Below are positions 30,417 through 42,032 of a DNA stretch of 64,000 bases, piece by piece. The translations under genes were made by a program, and so were the position numbers. Source of the stretch: Prochlorococcus sp. AH-736-L23 (GTDB taxonomy: Bacteria > Cyanobacteriota > Cyanobacteriia > PCC-6307 > Cyanobiaceae); assembly GCA_028141225.1 (NCBI GenBank), contig JAOIPS010000002.1, positions 20,557-84,556 of the forward strand. The letters are read 5' to 3'. The notes under the pieces are model-generated. The model had not been told where the DNA came from, searched no databases, and saw nothing but the letters and a program-made list of their open reading frames with translations. How positions within the stretch are numbered: the first letter of the stretch is position 1; each line of letters begins with the position of its first letter.

Positions 30417-31574
30417 ATGGAAATTATTTGTAATCAAAATGAATTAAATAATGCTATACAACTAGTAAGCAAAGCAGTTGCTTCAAGGCCAACGCATCCA
30501 ATTCTTGCAAATATTCTTTTAACAGCTGACGAAGGAACTAATAAAATTAGCCTCACAGGATTTGACCTTAATCTAGGAATTCAAACTTCCTTTGATGGGA
30601 CTGTTAAAAATAGTGGAGCTATTACTATACCTTCAAAACTTTTATCCGAAATAGTAATCAAACTACCTAATGAAACTCCTGTTTCTTTAGAAGTTGACGA
30701 GAATTCAGATAATATTCTAATAAAAAGTGATAGAGGTTCTTTTAATCTAAAAGGGATGCCATCTGACGAATATCCTAATTTACCATTTGTTGAAAGCGGT
30801 ACTTCTTTGAATATTGATCCTAGTTCTTTTTTAAAGGCTTTAAAATCCACCATTTTTGCTAGTAGCAATGATGATTCAAAGCAATTACTTACAGGTGTCA
30901 ATTTTACCTTCAAACCAAATTATTTAGAGTCTGCTTCTACAGATGGCCATAGATTGGCTGTTGCTTTGATTGGTACTGAAGAACATATCGAAAATAAAGA
31001 AAATTTATCTTCAAACGTTGATGATTTATCTGTAACTATACCAACTAGATCATTAAGAGAAATTGAAAAATTAGTATCTTTGAGAAGCTCAGAAAATTCA
31101 ATTAAGCTTTTCTATGACAAAGGTCAAGTCGTATTTATATCTTCTAATCAAATAATTACTACAAGAACTTTAGAGGGTACTTATCCTAATTATTCACAAT
31201 TAATTCCTGATTCTTTTTCTAAAATTCTAAATTTTAATACAAAAAAATTAATTGATGCATTAGAAAGAATTGCTGTTTTGGCTGATCAGCAAAGTAGTGT
31301 TGTAAAGATTAAATTAGATGATACAGATTTAGCGTCAATCAGCGCAGATGCTCAAGATATTGGAAATGCAAATGAATCAATACCAGTTTCTTATTCTGGA
31401 GAAAATTTTGATATCGCATTTAACGTAAGATATCTGTTAGAAGGTTTAAAAGTTATTGTTTCTGAAAATGTACTTTTAAAGTGTAATCTTGCAACTACTC
31501 CAGCTGTTTTTGTACCAGAAGATAATCTTAATTCTTTTACTTATTTAGTTATGCCTGTGCAGGTTCGTTCTTAA
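30417..31574 (+). CDS. dnaN: DNA polymerase III beta sliding clamp
   Basis: HPILANILL, STDGHRLA, LEGTYPNY, IAFNVRYL and YLVMPV motifs. Confidence 0.97.
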   Translation: MEIICNQNELNNAIQLVSKAVASRPTHPILANILLTADEGTNKISLTGFDLNLGIQTSFDGTVKNSGAITIPSKLLSEIVIKLPNETPVSLEVDENSDNILIKSDRGSFNLKGMPSDEYPNLPFVESGTSLNIDPSSFLKALKSTIFASSNDDSKQLLTGVNFTFKPNYLESASTDGHRLAVALIGTEEHIENKENLSSNVDDLSVTIPTRSLREIEKLVSLRSSENSIKLFYDKGQVVFISSNQIITTRTLEGTYPNYSQLIPDSFSKILNFNTKKLIDALERIAVLADQQSSVVKIKLDDTDLASISADAQDIGNANESIPVSYSGENFDIAFNVRYLLEGLKVIVSENVLLKCNLATTPAVFVPEDNLNSFTYLVMPVQVRS

Positions 31575-31575
31575 T

Positions 31576-32283
31576 TTGAAATTACCTAAAGAAATTTTAT
31601 TAAGTGAATTACTAAATTATAGTGTTAAGGGTAATATGGTCCTTAATTATGGAACTGGTGAAAATGTTTGGATGCATCCCCCAGTTCATCGGATTTTAGG
31701 ATGGTATTCTCGTCCTTCAAATTTTGATTTAAAAAGAAATGTTTGGCGATTAAATCAAATTACTCAAATAATAGATAATGAAATTTATATCAAAGGTGAT
31801 CCAGCTATTTCGGATTTAGCAACTTTAAATAGGTTCCCAACTTTAATAGAAGCTAATCTTATAAATATAAATGGATCAAAAATAGGAGTTATTGCAGATT
31901 TTTTATTTGAAATGAAAACAGGAAAAATTAAATATTACTTAGTTTCTAGATCTAATCCTAAGATACCCGGTTCTAGTAGATGGAAATTAACTATTGATAA
32001 TATTAATGATCAACAACCGGGATTGGTATTTTGTAAAAGTAATTCTTTAGACGATTTATCTTTAATAAAATCAAGTTTTAAAAATGAATTTATGCAAAAG
32101 GGGAAAAAAATTTTTGATAGATTTGATGATATGAAAAATATTGCTTCTAATAGATTAGAGGAATGGCTTGAAGAAGATGAAGATATTAGCCAAAACTTAG
32201 ATTTTAAACAAGAAAGTTTTTATAATAATGAAAGAACATCTAAACCGTTAAGTGAAAAAAAAGAAGATGACCCTTGGATATAA
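31576..32283 (+). CDS. PRC-barrel domain protein
   Basis: VWMHPPVHRILGW and GSKIGVIADFLFE..TGKI (PRC-barrel pattern). Conserved position between dnaN and purL. Confidence 0.8.
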   Translation: MKLPKEILLSELLNYSVKGNMVLNYGTGENVWMHPPVHRILGWYSRPSNFDLKRNVWRLNQITQIIDNEIYIKGDPAISDLATLNRFPTLIEANLININGSKIGVIADFLFEMKTGKIKYYLVSRSNPKIPGSSRWKLTIDNINDQQPGLVFCKSNSLDDLSLIKSSFKNEFMQKGKKIFDRFDDMKNIASNRLEEWLEEDEDISQNLDFKQESFYNNERTSKPLSEKKEDDPWI

Positions 32284-32286
32284 ATA

Positions 32287-34626
32287 ATGATTAATCAAGA
32301 AAATAATGATCTATATGATCTTAATGAAGCACTAAAAGTTGAAAATTTAACACTTAATGATTACGAAGAAATTTGCAAAAGGTTAAAGAGAAAACCTAAT
32401 AGAACGGAATTAGGTATGTTTGGCGTTATGTGGTCTGAACATTGTTGTTATAGAAATTCAAAACCTTTACTATCTAAGTTTCCCACTAAAGGTAAAAATG
32501 TTTTAGTTGGACCTGGAGAAAATGCTGGCGTTATTGATGTTGGAAATAATCAAAAACTTGTCTTTAAAATAGAAAGTCACAATCATCCTTCTGCTATTGA
32601 ACCTTTTCAAGGAGCAGCAACAGGTGTAGGAGGAATTTTAAGAGATATATTTACAATGGGTGCAAGGCCAATCGCAGTTTTGAATTCATTGAGATTTGGT
32701 AATCTTGATAAATCATCAAATGTTGATTTACTGCGAGGAGTTGTATCAGGTATTGCACATTATGGAAATTGTGTAGGTGTGCCGACTGTTGGAGGTGAAA
32801 TTGACTTCGATGATAGTTACTCTGGAAATCCTCTAGTTAATGTTATGGCTTTAGGACTTTTAGAGACCGAGGAAATCGTCTGTTCTGGAGCTAAAAATGT
32901 AGGATCACCAGTGTTATATGTTGGTAATACAACTGGCAGAGACGGTGTTGGTGGTGCTAGTTTTGCTAGTTCAGAATTAACTACAACTTCATTGGACGAT
33001 AGACCTGCAGTTCAGGTAGGTGATCCATTTATTGAGAAAAGTCTTATTGAAGCTTGTTTGGATGCTTTCAAGACAGGGGATGTAATTGCAGCTCAAGATA
33101 TGGGTGCTGCAGGTTTAACATGCAGTAGCGCAGAAATGGCCGCAAATGGAAATTTAGGGATATCTATTGATTTAGATTTGGTCCCTTCTAGAGAAGATGA
33201 TATGTCCTCATACCAATATTTATTATCTGAATCTCAAGAAAGAATGTTGTTTGTCGTTAAAGAAGAAAAAATTAATGATCTTATAAAAAAATTTAATAAA
33301 TGGGGATTATATGCCAGTGTTATTGGTGAAGTGATAAAAACTAATGAGGTAATTATTTCTCATAAAGGTAAAATTGTGGCCCAAATACCTACTTCTGCTT
33401 TATCTGATGATACTCCTGTAAATTTTCACAATGTGATTAAAAATCCACCCGATGAACTTTTAAAGAAATGGGAATGGAAAGAAAATGATTTACCAGAAAT
33501 TCATGAGCAAAAAATATTTTCATTGAAGGAAAATAAGAATTTTTCTTTTTCAGAAATTATTTTAAAACTACTCTCTAATCCATCAATAGCTTCTAAACGA
33601 TGGATTTATAAACAATATGATTCACAAGTACAAACAAATACAATATTTACACCTGGAAAATCAGATGCAGCTGTAGTAAGACTAAGGGAACAAAATAAAA
33701 AAAATAAAAGTAAAGTATTTTCTGGTGTCGCTGCTTCAGTCGATTGCAATAGTAGATGGGTTGCGCTTGATCCTTTTAGAGGATCTATTGCTGCCGTTGC
33801 AGAGTCCGCTAGAAATGTAAGTTGTGTTGGGGCTGAACCATTAGCAATTACAAATAATTTAAATTTTTCTTCCCCTGATAATGAAATAGGATATTGGCAA
33901 CTCTCATCTTCATGTAATGGAATTGCTGAAGCCTGTAAAGCTTTAGAAACTCCTGTTACAGGAGGTAATGTATCTTTATATAATGAAACTAAAACTAAAG
34001 ACAATCTAATTACTCCGATCAATCCTACTCCTGTTATTGGAATGGTTGGAAAAATTGATAATGTCGGAAAAGCTATAAGTAGTGAATGGAAAAATATTGA
34101 AGATCAAATATGGTTAATCGGTTCTTCCAAATCAGAAATAAAAATTGCAGCTAGTTCATATCTGGAATATTTTCATGGAGAAATTACAGGTCGGCCTCCA
34201 AAACTAGATTTGTTGGATGAAAAGTTTTGTCAAAGTTTTTTGAGAAATGCGATTTCAAAAAGTCTTGTAGTTTCTTCTCACGATATAAGCGACGGAGGTT
34301 TATCTATAGCTTTAGCAGAGTCTTGTATTTTGTCCTCAATGGGAGCAACTATAGAATTAGAGAAAGATTTAAATAGAGTTGATAATTTATTGTTTGCCGA
34401 AGGGGGTTCAAGAATTATTTTTTCAATTAGTAAAATCAAACAAAATGAATGGTTTAATTATTTAAAACAAAATCAAATAAATTTTCCATCAAGTGTGTAC
34501 CTAAAAAAAATAGGATATGTATCTAGTGAAACGCTAAATATAAAAATCAACAAAAAAAATATTTGCAATATTAGGGTTGAGGAATTAACCGAAAAATTTC
34601 ATAATAGTATTTCAGGTTACTTTTAA
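32287..34626 (+). CDS. purL: Phosphoribosylformylglycinamidine synthase subunit PurL
   Basis: [33 protein letters not shown] and GGNVSLYN motifs. Confidence 0.97.
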   Translation: MINQENNDLYDLNEALKVENLTLNDYEEICKRLKRKPNRTELGMFGVMWSEHCCYRNSKPLLSKFPTKGKNVLVGPGENAGVIDVGNNQKLVFKIESHNHPSAIEPFQGAATGVGGILRDIFTMGARPIAVLNSLRFGNLDKSSNVDLLRGVVSGIAHYGNCVGVPTVGGEIDFDDSYSGNPLVNVMALGLLETEEIVCSGAKNVGSPVLYVGNTTGRDGVGGASFASSELTTTSLDDRPAVQVGDPFIEKSLIEACLDAFKTGDVIAAQDMGAAGLTCSSAEMAANGNLGISIDLDLVPSREDDMSSYQYLLSESQERMLFVVKEEKINDLIKKFNKWGLYASVIGEVIKTNEVIISHKGKIVAQIPTSALSDDTPVNFHNVIKNPPDELLKKWEWKENDLPEIHEQKIFSLKENKNFSFSEIILKLLSNPSIASKRWIYKQYDSQVQTNTIFTPGKSDAAVVRLREQNKKNKSKVFSGVAASVDCNSRWVALDPFRGSIAAVAESARNVSCVGAEPLAITNNLNFSSPDNEIGYWQLSSSCNGIAEACKALETPVTGGNVSLYNETKTKDNLITPINPTPVIGMVGKIDNVGKAISSEWKNIEDQIWLIGSSKSEIKIAASSYLEYFHGEITGRPPKLDLLDEKFCQSFLRNAISKSLVVSSHDISDGGLSIALAESCILSSMGATIELEKDLNRVDNLLFAEGGSRIIFSISKIKQNEWFNYLKQNQINFPSSVYLKKIGYVSSETLNIKINKKNICNIRVEELTEKFHNSISGYF

Positions 34627-34673
34627 ATATGAAAAACATTTCTCAACTATTAATCCTTTTAAGATATTAAGTT

Positions 34674-36134
34674 ATGTGTGGAATAGTTGGAATTGTTTCT
34701 TCAAATGATGTAAATCAACAAATTTACGATAGTCTTTTGCTTTTGCAACATAGGGGTCAAGACTCAACAGGTATAGCAACAATGGAAAATACTGTTTTTC
34801 ATATACATAAGGTTAAAGGTCAGGTTAATACTGCTTATAGAACTAGAGATATGAGGAATTTAATTGGCAAAATTGGATTGGGTCATGTTAGGTATGCAAC
34901 AAAGGGATCAGCAGAAAGTGTAGAAGAAGCACAGCCTTTTTATGTTAATGCTCCTTATGGAATTGTTTTGATACACAATGGAAATTTGACTAATACCAGA
35001 GATTTAGAAAAACAGTTATTTAATGTCGACAAGCGGCATACAAATTCTTCAAGTGATACTGAAATGTTATTAAATGTATTTGCTACAGAATTACAAGAAC
35101 AAATTCATAATCAAGAATTAGAACCTGATATTATTTTTAATGCGGTTAAATCTTTACATAGAAGAATTCAGGGATCATATGCTTCAATTGCATTAATTTC
35201 AGGTCATGGTTTATTAGCATTTAGAGATCCTTTTGGTATAAGGCCTTTAGTCATAGGGAAAAGACTTTCATTAACCACAAAAAAAGAAGAATGGATGGTT
35301 GCAAGCGAATCTTTAGTACTTGAGAATAATGATTATCAAGTAGTGAGAGATGTAGATCCAGGAGAAGCTGTTTTTATAAATCTTGATGGGGAGTTCTTCT
35401 CTAAGCAATGTTCTGAAAATCCAATGTTATTTCCCTGTGCTTTTGAATATGTTTACTTAGCTAGGCCAGATTCAATTATGAATGGAATTTCAGTTTATAA
35501 AGCTCGCTTGAGGATGGGAGATTATCTAGCAGAAACAATTAAAGAAACAATCAATTCTGGAGATATTGATGTAGTTATGCCTATTCCTGATTCTTCTCGA
35601 CCCGCGGCAATGCAAGTTGCAAGACAGTTAGGGATAGAATATAGGGAAGGTTTTTTTAAAAATAGATATGTTGGCAGAACATTCATAATGCCAGGTCAGC
35701 AGAAACGTAAGAAATCTGTGAGGCAAAAATTAAATGCCATGAGTGCAGAGTTTAAAAATAAAAATGTATTAATTGTTGATGACTCAATAGTAAGAGGTAC
35801 TACTTCAAAAGAAATTGTCCAGATGGCTAAAGATGCAGGAGCAAATAAAGTTTTTTTTACATCAGCAGCTCCTCCTGTTCGTTATCCTCACGTTTATGGA
35901 ATTAATATGCCTAATAGAGATGAATTAATAGCTCATAATAGGACAATAAGTGAAATCGCCGATAAACTTGAAATTGATAATCTTGTTTATCAAAGTGTTG
36001 AAAGTTTGCGTAAATCTATAATTAGTGATTCTCCCATTAAAGGTCTAGAGATGAGTTGTTTTACCGGTGATTATGTTACTGGAACAGTAAATCAAGAATA
36101 CTTAAATTGGGTTGAAAATGAATATAAATCTTAG
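34674..36134 (+). CDS. purF: Amidophosphoribosyltransferase
   Basis: N-terminal MCGIVG nucleophile, QHRGQD, HVRYAT, and PRPP motif [10 protein letters not shown]. Confidence 0.97.
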   Translation: MCGIVGIVSSNDVNQQIYDSLLLLQHRGQDSTGIATMENTVFHIHKVKGQVNTAYRTRDMRNLIGKIGLGHVRYATKGSAESVEEAQPFYVNAPYGIVLIHNGNLTNTRDLEKQLFNVDKRHTNSSSDTEMLLNVFATELQEQIHNQELEPDIIFNAVKSLHRRIQGSYASIALISGHGLLAFRDPFGIRPLVIGKRLSLTTKKEEWMVASESLVLENNDYQVVRDVDPGEAVFINLDGEFFSKQCSENPMLFPCAFEYVYLARPDSIMNGISVYKARLRMGDYLAETIKETINSGDIDVVMPIPDSSRPAAMQVARQLGIEYREGFFKNRYVGRTFIMPGQQKRKKSVRQKLNAMSAEFKNKNVLIVDDSIVRGTTSKEIVQMAKDAGANKVFFTSAAPPVRYPHVYGINMPNRDELIAHNRTISEIADKLEIDNLVYQSVESLRKSIISDSPIKGLEMSCFTGDYVTGTVNQEYLNWVENEYKS

Positions 36135-38572
36135 TCGAGAAAGTTTTCAAGTCTGAAACAATTTTCAAGATATTCGTCATTATTTAATTTTAAAAAATCT
36201 ATTAAAAAGTTTGATTTATTGGATTTGAAATTTAATTTATTTAAATCCAATCTTGCAGATTTACTTTTATTAGTTTCAATATCAAGGTAATGGTTACTTG
36301 CCATTATTTTGAGGAAGTGATCATTCTTAAGTTGGGTTTTTTCATTTAAATATCCCAAACTGTATTCGTTTGAGCAGCATATTTCATTACTATTTATGCA
36401 AAAGACTTTTCCTTGTTTAGATATTAAAAAAATATTTTCTCCGTCCTGGAATGTACAACAAGAAACTATTTTTTCAGATGGTAAAAGTTTTGCAATTATT
36501 AATCCTTGGGATTGTTTAGAAGTTGGCGTTAAAATTTTATTTGATAAATTAAATTTAAAAATTCTTCCTATCGATGTTAATATTATTAAATCTTTATTGT
36601 CATTAGAAATAAATGAATCAACTGTTTTTAAATTATTTTTTAATTTTGTAATAGTGAAAGATCTATTACTTTTAATCATATCTTCATCAAATAAAACTTT
36701 TTTAAATCTTCCATCTGAATTTAATATGCATAAATAATTTCTAGCTTCTTTTTTAATTGAATGAAAATTTATTATTTCATTAGGATGGATATTTCCAAGA
36801 ATTTTATTATCTAATTTATAGTCTTTATTAATACTTGATTCCCAATCAATATTAAATACTTTTCCCGTATTTGTTATTCCAATTAATTTTATATTTTTTT
36901 CAATGTTACATATAAATTTTTGAATATTTTTATTATCTATAATTTTATTTGTAACCTCAAATGATTTCTTGTAATTACCTAAAATCATCCTTTTCAAATA
37001 AAGTCTATTGTCTATGTATAATTTTGTTTTTTTATTTATAAAGTCTTCTAATATCTGATTATTAAGCGTTTCTATTTCTTCATTCTGATTTATATTTTTA
37101 ATTATTTTTGTTTTACGTGTTACATTGTATTTTTTCTTTAATATTAATAATTCTTCTATAAGTAATTTAAGTAATAATTCTCTTTCGTTTAATAATTTTT
37201 GAAAATAATTCTTTTTTTCTTCTAAATTTTTTATTTCATTATCAATTTGATTTTTTTCTAGATTGGTTAATTTTTTTAGTGGCATATCCAAAACTGAATT
37301 GGCCTGTTTTTCACTTAAGAAAAAATTTTCTACTAATTTTGATCTAGCTTGTAAGGAATTTTCTGATTCTTCAATAATTTCGATAACTTTTTTTATGTTT
37401 TTGGTAGCTTTAGATAAACCTTCTGATATTTCAAGTTTATCAAGTGTGTTTTTTAGAAAATAAAAAGTTCTTTTTCTAATTGTTTCTTCTCTAAATTCAA
37501 GAAAATAGTTGAGATATTTTTTCAAATTTAGTTGAATAGGCTTTCCTTTAATTAATGCTAAGAATATTGCACCAAAGTTTGTTTGGAGAGTTGTTCTTTT
37601 ATATAAATTAGAAATAATAAGTTCAGAATTAGAATCTTTTTTTAGTTCTATTACAATTCTCATTCCATCTCTGTCGCTCTCATCCCTAATATCAGAAATC
37701 CCAATAATCTTACCTGAATTAACAAGTTCTGCGAGTTTTTCAATCCAACTTGCTTTATTAATTTGGTAAGGAAGTTCCTTAATGATTATTGCATTCTTTT
37801 TATGTTTCCCTTTACCTAAATTTACTTCTTCCGTATTTACAACTCCTCTTATTGTTATAGATCCTTTTCCAGTTTGATAAAGTTCTTCTATTGCTCGACT
37901 ATAAATTAATTCTCCGCCTGTAGGAAAATCAGGCCCTTTGATAATGTTAGAAAGTTTTTTATCACTAATATCTTTATTTTTAACTAAGGCAACTAAGCCA
38001 TCTACAATTTCACCAAGATTGTGAGGTGGAATATTTGTTGCCATGCCAACAGCAATACCTGATGAGCCGTTTAACAATAAAAATGGTAGTTGGGCTGGAA
38101 GAACATCTGGTTCTTTTTGAGAACCGTCAAAGTTATTTGAAAAGTTTACTGTTTCTGACCCAATTTCTTCAAGAAATCCTTTATGAGCTATTGGAGCTAA
38201 TCTCGTCTCAGTATATCGCATAGCTGCCGGTGGATCATTATCAACAGATCCAAAATTTCCATGGCCGTCAAGAGTAGGATATTTAGTTGAAAAATTTTGT
38301 ACTAGCTTTACTAATGCATCATATACCGCTTGATCTCCGTGAGGATGGTACTTTCCAAGTACATCTCCAACAACTCTTGCACACTTCCTAAATGGTTTAT
38401 CAGGGGTTAAACCTAATTCGTACATTGCAAATATGATTCTTCTTTGAACAGGTTTAAGACCGTCTCTTGCATCGGGTAAAGCACGACCAACTATTACGCT
38501 CATTGCGTACTCTAAATAAGATCGTTGCATTTCTTCTTGAAGCGAGATGGAAGTAAATTTTTTCTTATCCAT
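36131..38572 (-). CDS. Type IIA topoisomerase subunit A (GyrA paralogue / ParC-like)
   Basis: [22 protein letters not shown], catalytic AAMRYTE and GPDFPTGG motifs. The C-terminal domain is degenerate with no GyrA box. Confidence 0.92.
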   Translation of the reverse strand: MDKKKFTSISLQEEMQRSYLEYAMSVIVGRALPDARDGLKPVQRRIIFAMYELGLTPDKPFRKCARVVGDVLGKYHPHGDQAVYDALVKLVQNFSTKYPTLDGHGNFGSVDNDPPAAMRYTETRLAPIAHKGFLEEIGSETVNFSNNFDGSQKEPDVLPAQLPFLLLNGSSGIAVGMATNIPPHNLGEIVDGLVALVKNKDISDKKLSNIIKGPDFPTGGELIYSRAIEELYQTGKGSITIRGVVNTEEVNLGKGKHKKNAIIIKELPYQINKASWIEKLAELVNSGKIIGISDIRDESDRDGMRIVIELKKDSNSELIISNLYKRTTLQTNFGAIFLALIKGKPIQLNLKKYLNYFLEFREETIRKRTFYFLKNTLDKLEISEGLSKATKNIKKVIEIIEESENSLQARSKLVENFFLSEKQANSVLDMPLKKLTNLEKNQIDNEIKNLEEKKNYFQKLLNERELLLKLLIEELLILKKKYNVTRKTKIIKNINQNEEIETLNNQILEDFINKKTKLYIDNRLYLKRMILGNYKKSFEVTNKIIDNKNIQKFICNIEKNIKLIGITNTGKVFNIDWESSINKDYKLDNKILGNIHPNEIINFHSIKKEARNYLCILNSDGRFKKVLFDEDMIKSNRSFTITKLKNNLKTVDSFISNDNKDLIILTSIGRIFKFNLSNKILTPTSKQSQGLIIAKLLPSEKIVSCCTFQDGENIFLISKQGKVFCINSNEICCSNEYSLGYLNEKTQLKNDHFLKIMASNHYLDIETNKSKSARLDLNKLNFKSNKSNFLIDFLKLNNDEYLENCFRLENFLD

Positions 38573-38649
38573 TAGAGCGCAAAATTGAATAATTCTTAAT
38601 TAACTAAATTAAGACTAATAGGTAAAACAATATTTACCAGTATTGAACA

Positions 38650-39513
38650 TTAAGATGATTCGTTTATTTTGGATTTTGCCAGTATTACATCTTTTTTTAG
38701 TTGTTCATTTTGTAAAAGAATTTCTGTAGAGACTTGTAATTTTTCACCCCATAACTGTTCTTTTCTATAATCATAATTGACATATTTCGGATCTTTAGCC
38801 AAAGCTTTTCTTGCAAGTTGAATTGCTAATTCATTATCATGGATATTTAGACATGAGGCTAGACCTAATAATGGTTCTGCATTTTCCTCAATTAAGATTG
38901 CACTTTCAAAAAGTTTGATTGAGAGATTTATATTGTTTCTCTCGAAATAAGCTAAACCTTGATTATTGATTGCTTGCCAGAAATCAGGTTTAATTTTTAT
39001 AGATTTATCAAACAATTTGATAGCTCCTAAATAATTTTTTTCCATTAAAAAAATATTTCCTAATTGAAAAATAGCTTTGTAATTATTAGGCTCGATCTTT
39101 ATTCCTTTTTCTAAAGCAATCTTTGCTTTTGCTTGTTGGGAAATTTTTAAGTAAACATTACTTTTAGCAAAATATATTTCGCTAATATTTGAGTTGATCT
39201 GTTCTGCCTCATTTAGGGAATTTAATGCGTTTTTGTATTTTTTGTTAGCTATTTGTGCTTCAGCTAAAATCAACCATAGTTTTTCATCTTTTGCATTTAT
39301 TTTTATTGCTAATTTGGCTAAGTTAAGACTGTCTTCATATTGACCAAAATAAAGTAGTTGATATGCATTTTTGCCAATATTTAAACTTTGCTTTTTTAAA
39401 TTTTTTATTGATGGGAAATAATAATAGGGAACTATTGCTCGGACTATTTCTATTTGAAAAAAGTAAAAACAGATCAAAGAGATCCAGATTGTTTTTTTTA
39501 AAAACTTCTTCAT
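38650..39513 (-). CDS. Tetratricopeptide repeat protein with N-terminal signal/TM segment
   Basis: Several TPR-pattern helices (AIFQLGNIF...A...F.K.I.I.P, AINNQGLAYF). Confidence 0.85.
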   Translation of the reverse strand: MKKFLKKTIWISLICFYFFQIEIVRAIVPYYYFPSIKNLKKQSLNIGKNAYQLLYFGQYEDSLNLAKLAIKINAKDEKLWLILAEAQIANKKYKNALNSLNEAEQINSNISEIYFAKSNVYLKISQQAKAKIALEKGIKIEPNNYKAIFQLGNIFLMEKNYLGAIKLFDKSIKIKPDFWQAINNQGLAYFERNNINLSIKLFESAILIEENAEPLLGLASCLNIHDNELAIQLARKALAKDPKYVNYDYRKEQLWGEKLQVSTEILLQNEQLKKDVILAKSKINESS

Positions 39514-40466
39514 ATTTTAATTTTCTTATTATTTATATTTGCTTGTATGTTTCTTTTCCACATCCATGGTTTAATTCTTTTTAAAGTAGTTCCTTTAAGA
39601 TTTTCTTGCCACTTTTTATCATCCCAATTGAGGGATTCACTATTAAGATTTTTAATCCATTCTTTCGGTTTAGTTTCATGATTGTTGTTGTATGGCACTG
39701 ATTTATTCCAAGGACAAACATCTTGACAAATATCACATCCTGCAACCCATCCGCTTAAATTTTTTTCTATTTTCTTTGGAATAGTTTTATCTCTGCTTTC
39801 TATTGTGTGATAAGCAATGCAAAGATCTGATTTTATTACAAATGGTTCAACTATTGCCTTTGTGGGACAACGTTCAATACAAATATCACATTTTCCACAA
39901 AGTGATTGATGAGGTGTATCTGGCATTAAATCTTTTGTGAGAATCATAAAACCCAAAGTAAACCAAGAACCATTTTTTTTGCTGATTAAATTACTATTTT
40001 TACCTATCCAACCAATCCCTGACTCCTCTGCCCATGCTTTTTCAAGAAGCGGAGAGGTATCAATACATATTTTCCATTTGCAATCAGGGATTTCTAGGTT
40101 GATCCATTTACCAATATTTTTTAATTTTTTGTGAATCACTTTATGATAATCTTCACCTTGGCTAAATTTAGCTACCTTGAGGAAATTGTTGTTGCTGTTT
40201 TGTGAATTAATGTAAGTAAATCCAACGCTTAAAACACTTTTTGCATCTTCAAAAAGTGAGCCTATATTTTTTCTTTTTTCTGCATCCATCCATTTCATTT
40301 CAGCATGATAATTATTTGATAACCATCTTTCTAATGCATTAGTTCTTAATTTTACGCGTGAACTTCCTGGAATTGACGCTATTCCAGCAACTGTAAAACC
40401 CTCAAAAATAGCTCTTTCTTTTAATTTTTTACTGATTTCTTTTTTGTCCTGAATCGTATCAATCAT
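39510..40466 (-). CDS. queG: tRNA epoxyqueuosine(34) reductase
   Basis: DYH, DTSPLLEK, GIGWIGKN, CGKCDICIERCP and GCDICQDVCPWN (two 4Fe-4S motifs). Confidence 0.95.
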   Translation of the reverse strand: MIDTIQDKKEISKKLKERAIFEGFTVAGIASIPGSSRVKLRTNALERWLSNNYHAEMKWMDAEKRKNIGSLFEDAKSVLSVGFTYINSQNSNNNFLKVAKFSQGEDYHKVIHKKLKNIGKWINLEIPDCKWKICIDTSPLLEKAWAEESGIGWIGKNSNLISKKNGSWFTLGFMILTKDLMPDTPHQSLCGKCDICIERCPTKAIVEPFVIKSDLCIAYHTIESRDKTIPKKIEKNLSGWVAGCDICQDVCPWNKSVPYNNNHETKPKEWIKNLNSESLNWDDKKWQENLKGTTLKRIKPWMWKRNIQANINNKKIKI

Positions 40467-40610
40467 TTCTTTTTTTTTATAGCATTTCTTTAAAAAGTCA
40501 TTTTTGGAGAATAAACTTATAAATAAAATAGATATATTTAAGAAAAATATATCCTAACTTAGTAAAAACAGTTAAATTATTAGTAAAGTTAATAAAGTTA
40601 AAACGTTATT

Positions 40611-41345
40611 TTGGTTGAACCTAATCAAAATCAGGATTCTAATTTAGGATCCAGGCTGCAACAAGATCTCAAAAATGATCTTATTGCTGGGTTGTTAGTT
40701 GTAATACCCTTAGCAACAACAATCTGGCTGTCATCATTAGTTAGTAAATTTGTTTTAACGTTAGTTACTTCAGTTCCAAAGCAACTAAATCCTTTTATTA
40801 CTTTAAATCCTTTATTACAAGATTTAATTAATCTAAGCTTAGGTTTAACCGTTCCTTTATTAGCTATTTTGCTCATAGGCTTGATGGCGAGAAATTTTGT
40901 AGGAAGATGGTTATTAGAATTTGGAGAGGGTACTTTATCAAAAATTCCAGTAGCTGGGGCGGTTTACAAAACTCTTAAACAATTGCTAGAAACTTTCTTA
41001 AGTAATAAATCTAAGAGATTTAGACGAGTTGTTCTAGTTGAATATCCACGTGAGGGACTTTATAGTGTAGGTTTTGTGACTGGAGATGTAGGACCTTCTC
41101 TACAGCCAGAATTAGAAGAAAAGTTACTTAGTGTTTTCATACCTACAGCACCAAACCCAACTACTGGTTGGTATACGCTAGTTCCTGAGTCATCTGTTAA
41201 GGACTTGGATATTACTGTTGAAGATGCTTTTAGAACAATAATTTCTGCTGGGATAGTTAATCCAGATGAGAAAAATAACACTACAAATCCAACATTTTCA
41301 AAATTGTTTTCTCAATTACGAGCTTCCACTAATACTTCTTCTTAA
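40611..41345 (+). CDS. DUF502 family membrane protein
   Basis: AGLLVVIPL, VLVEYPR and VFIPTAPNPTTG motifs. Confidence 0.9.
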   Translation: MVEPNQNQDSNLGSRLQQDLKNDLIAGLLVVIPLATTIWLSSLVSKFVLTLVTSVPKQLNPFITLNPLLQDLINLSLGLTVPLLAILLIGLMARNFVGRWLLEFGEGTLSKIPVAGAVYKTLKQLLETFLSNKSKRFRRVVLVEYPREGLYSVGFVTGDVGPSLQPELEEKLLSVFIPTAPNPTTGWYTLVPESSVKDLDITVEDAFRTIISAGIVNPDEKNNTTNPTFSKLFSQLRASTNTSS

Positions 41346-41348
41346 TTG

Positions 41349-41966
41349 ATGCATAATAGATCCCTTTCTAGAGAATTATCTTTAATTTCTCTTGGCCTCA
41401 TAAAAGATAAAGGTGATTTTAAATTAAAAAAATTTCAGATAGAGGAAATTTTTGAATCTGCTTTGGATTCTCTAATAAATCATTGCAGAGAGGAATTAGA
41501 CAATTGCGAGTCAGAGTTAGAAAATGCTTCACAAAAAATATTAGATAGTGAATTGCAAGAAGGTGTAGATTCCTCTTATTCAAACGTTCGAGATGAGTTA
41601 AAAAAATCTTTGATAAAAATTGAAACTGTAATGAATACACTCTCTGTCACTTTAGATTTTCCAAAATTAATTGTTTCTAGCGGTCAAATAGATATTAGAG
41701 AGGATGTAAATCAAAGGATTTGTAGTATTGTTAATAATCTTAAAAGTATTGATTCTGATATTGATCAAGTAATGGATGGCTGGAGATTAAAAAGATTGCC
41801 AAGAATTGATAGGGATATTTTGCGTTTAGCATACGTGGATATCAATTTTTTGAATACACCTGTCGCTGTTGCTTGTGATGAGGCTGTTAATTTGGCTAAT
41901 AAATATAGTGATTTGCAAGGAAGAAAATTTATTAACGGAGTTTTAAGGAGATTACAAACAATTTAA
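41349..41966 (+). CDS. nusB: Transcription antitermination factor NusB
   Basis: RSLSRE N terminus, WRLKRLPRIDRDILRLA, DEAVNLANKYS and FINGVL motifs. Confidence 0.95.
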   Translation: MHNRSLSRELSLISLGLIKDKGDFKLKKFQIEEIFESALDSLINHCREELDNCESELENASQKILDSELQEGVDSSYSNVRDELKKSLIKIETVMNTLSVTLDFPKLIVSSGQIDIREDVNQRICSIVNNLKSIDSDIDQVMDGWRLKRLPRIDRDILRLAYVDINFLNTPVAVACDEAVNLANKYSDLQGRKFINGVLRRLQTI

Positions 41967-42032
41967 TTGTAGTAATTATTTGATATAAATAAATAGTATT
42001 TAGAATATTTTAACTACGAACTAAAGATAATA

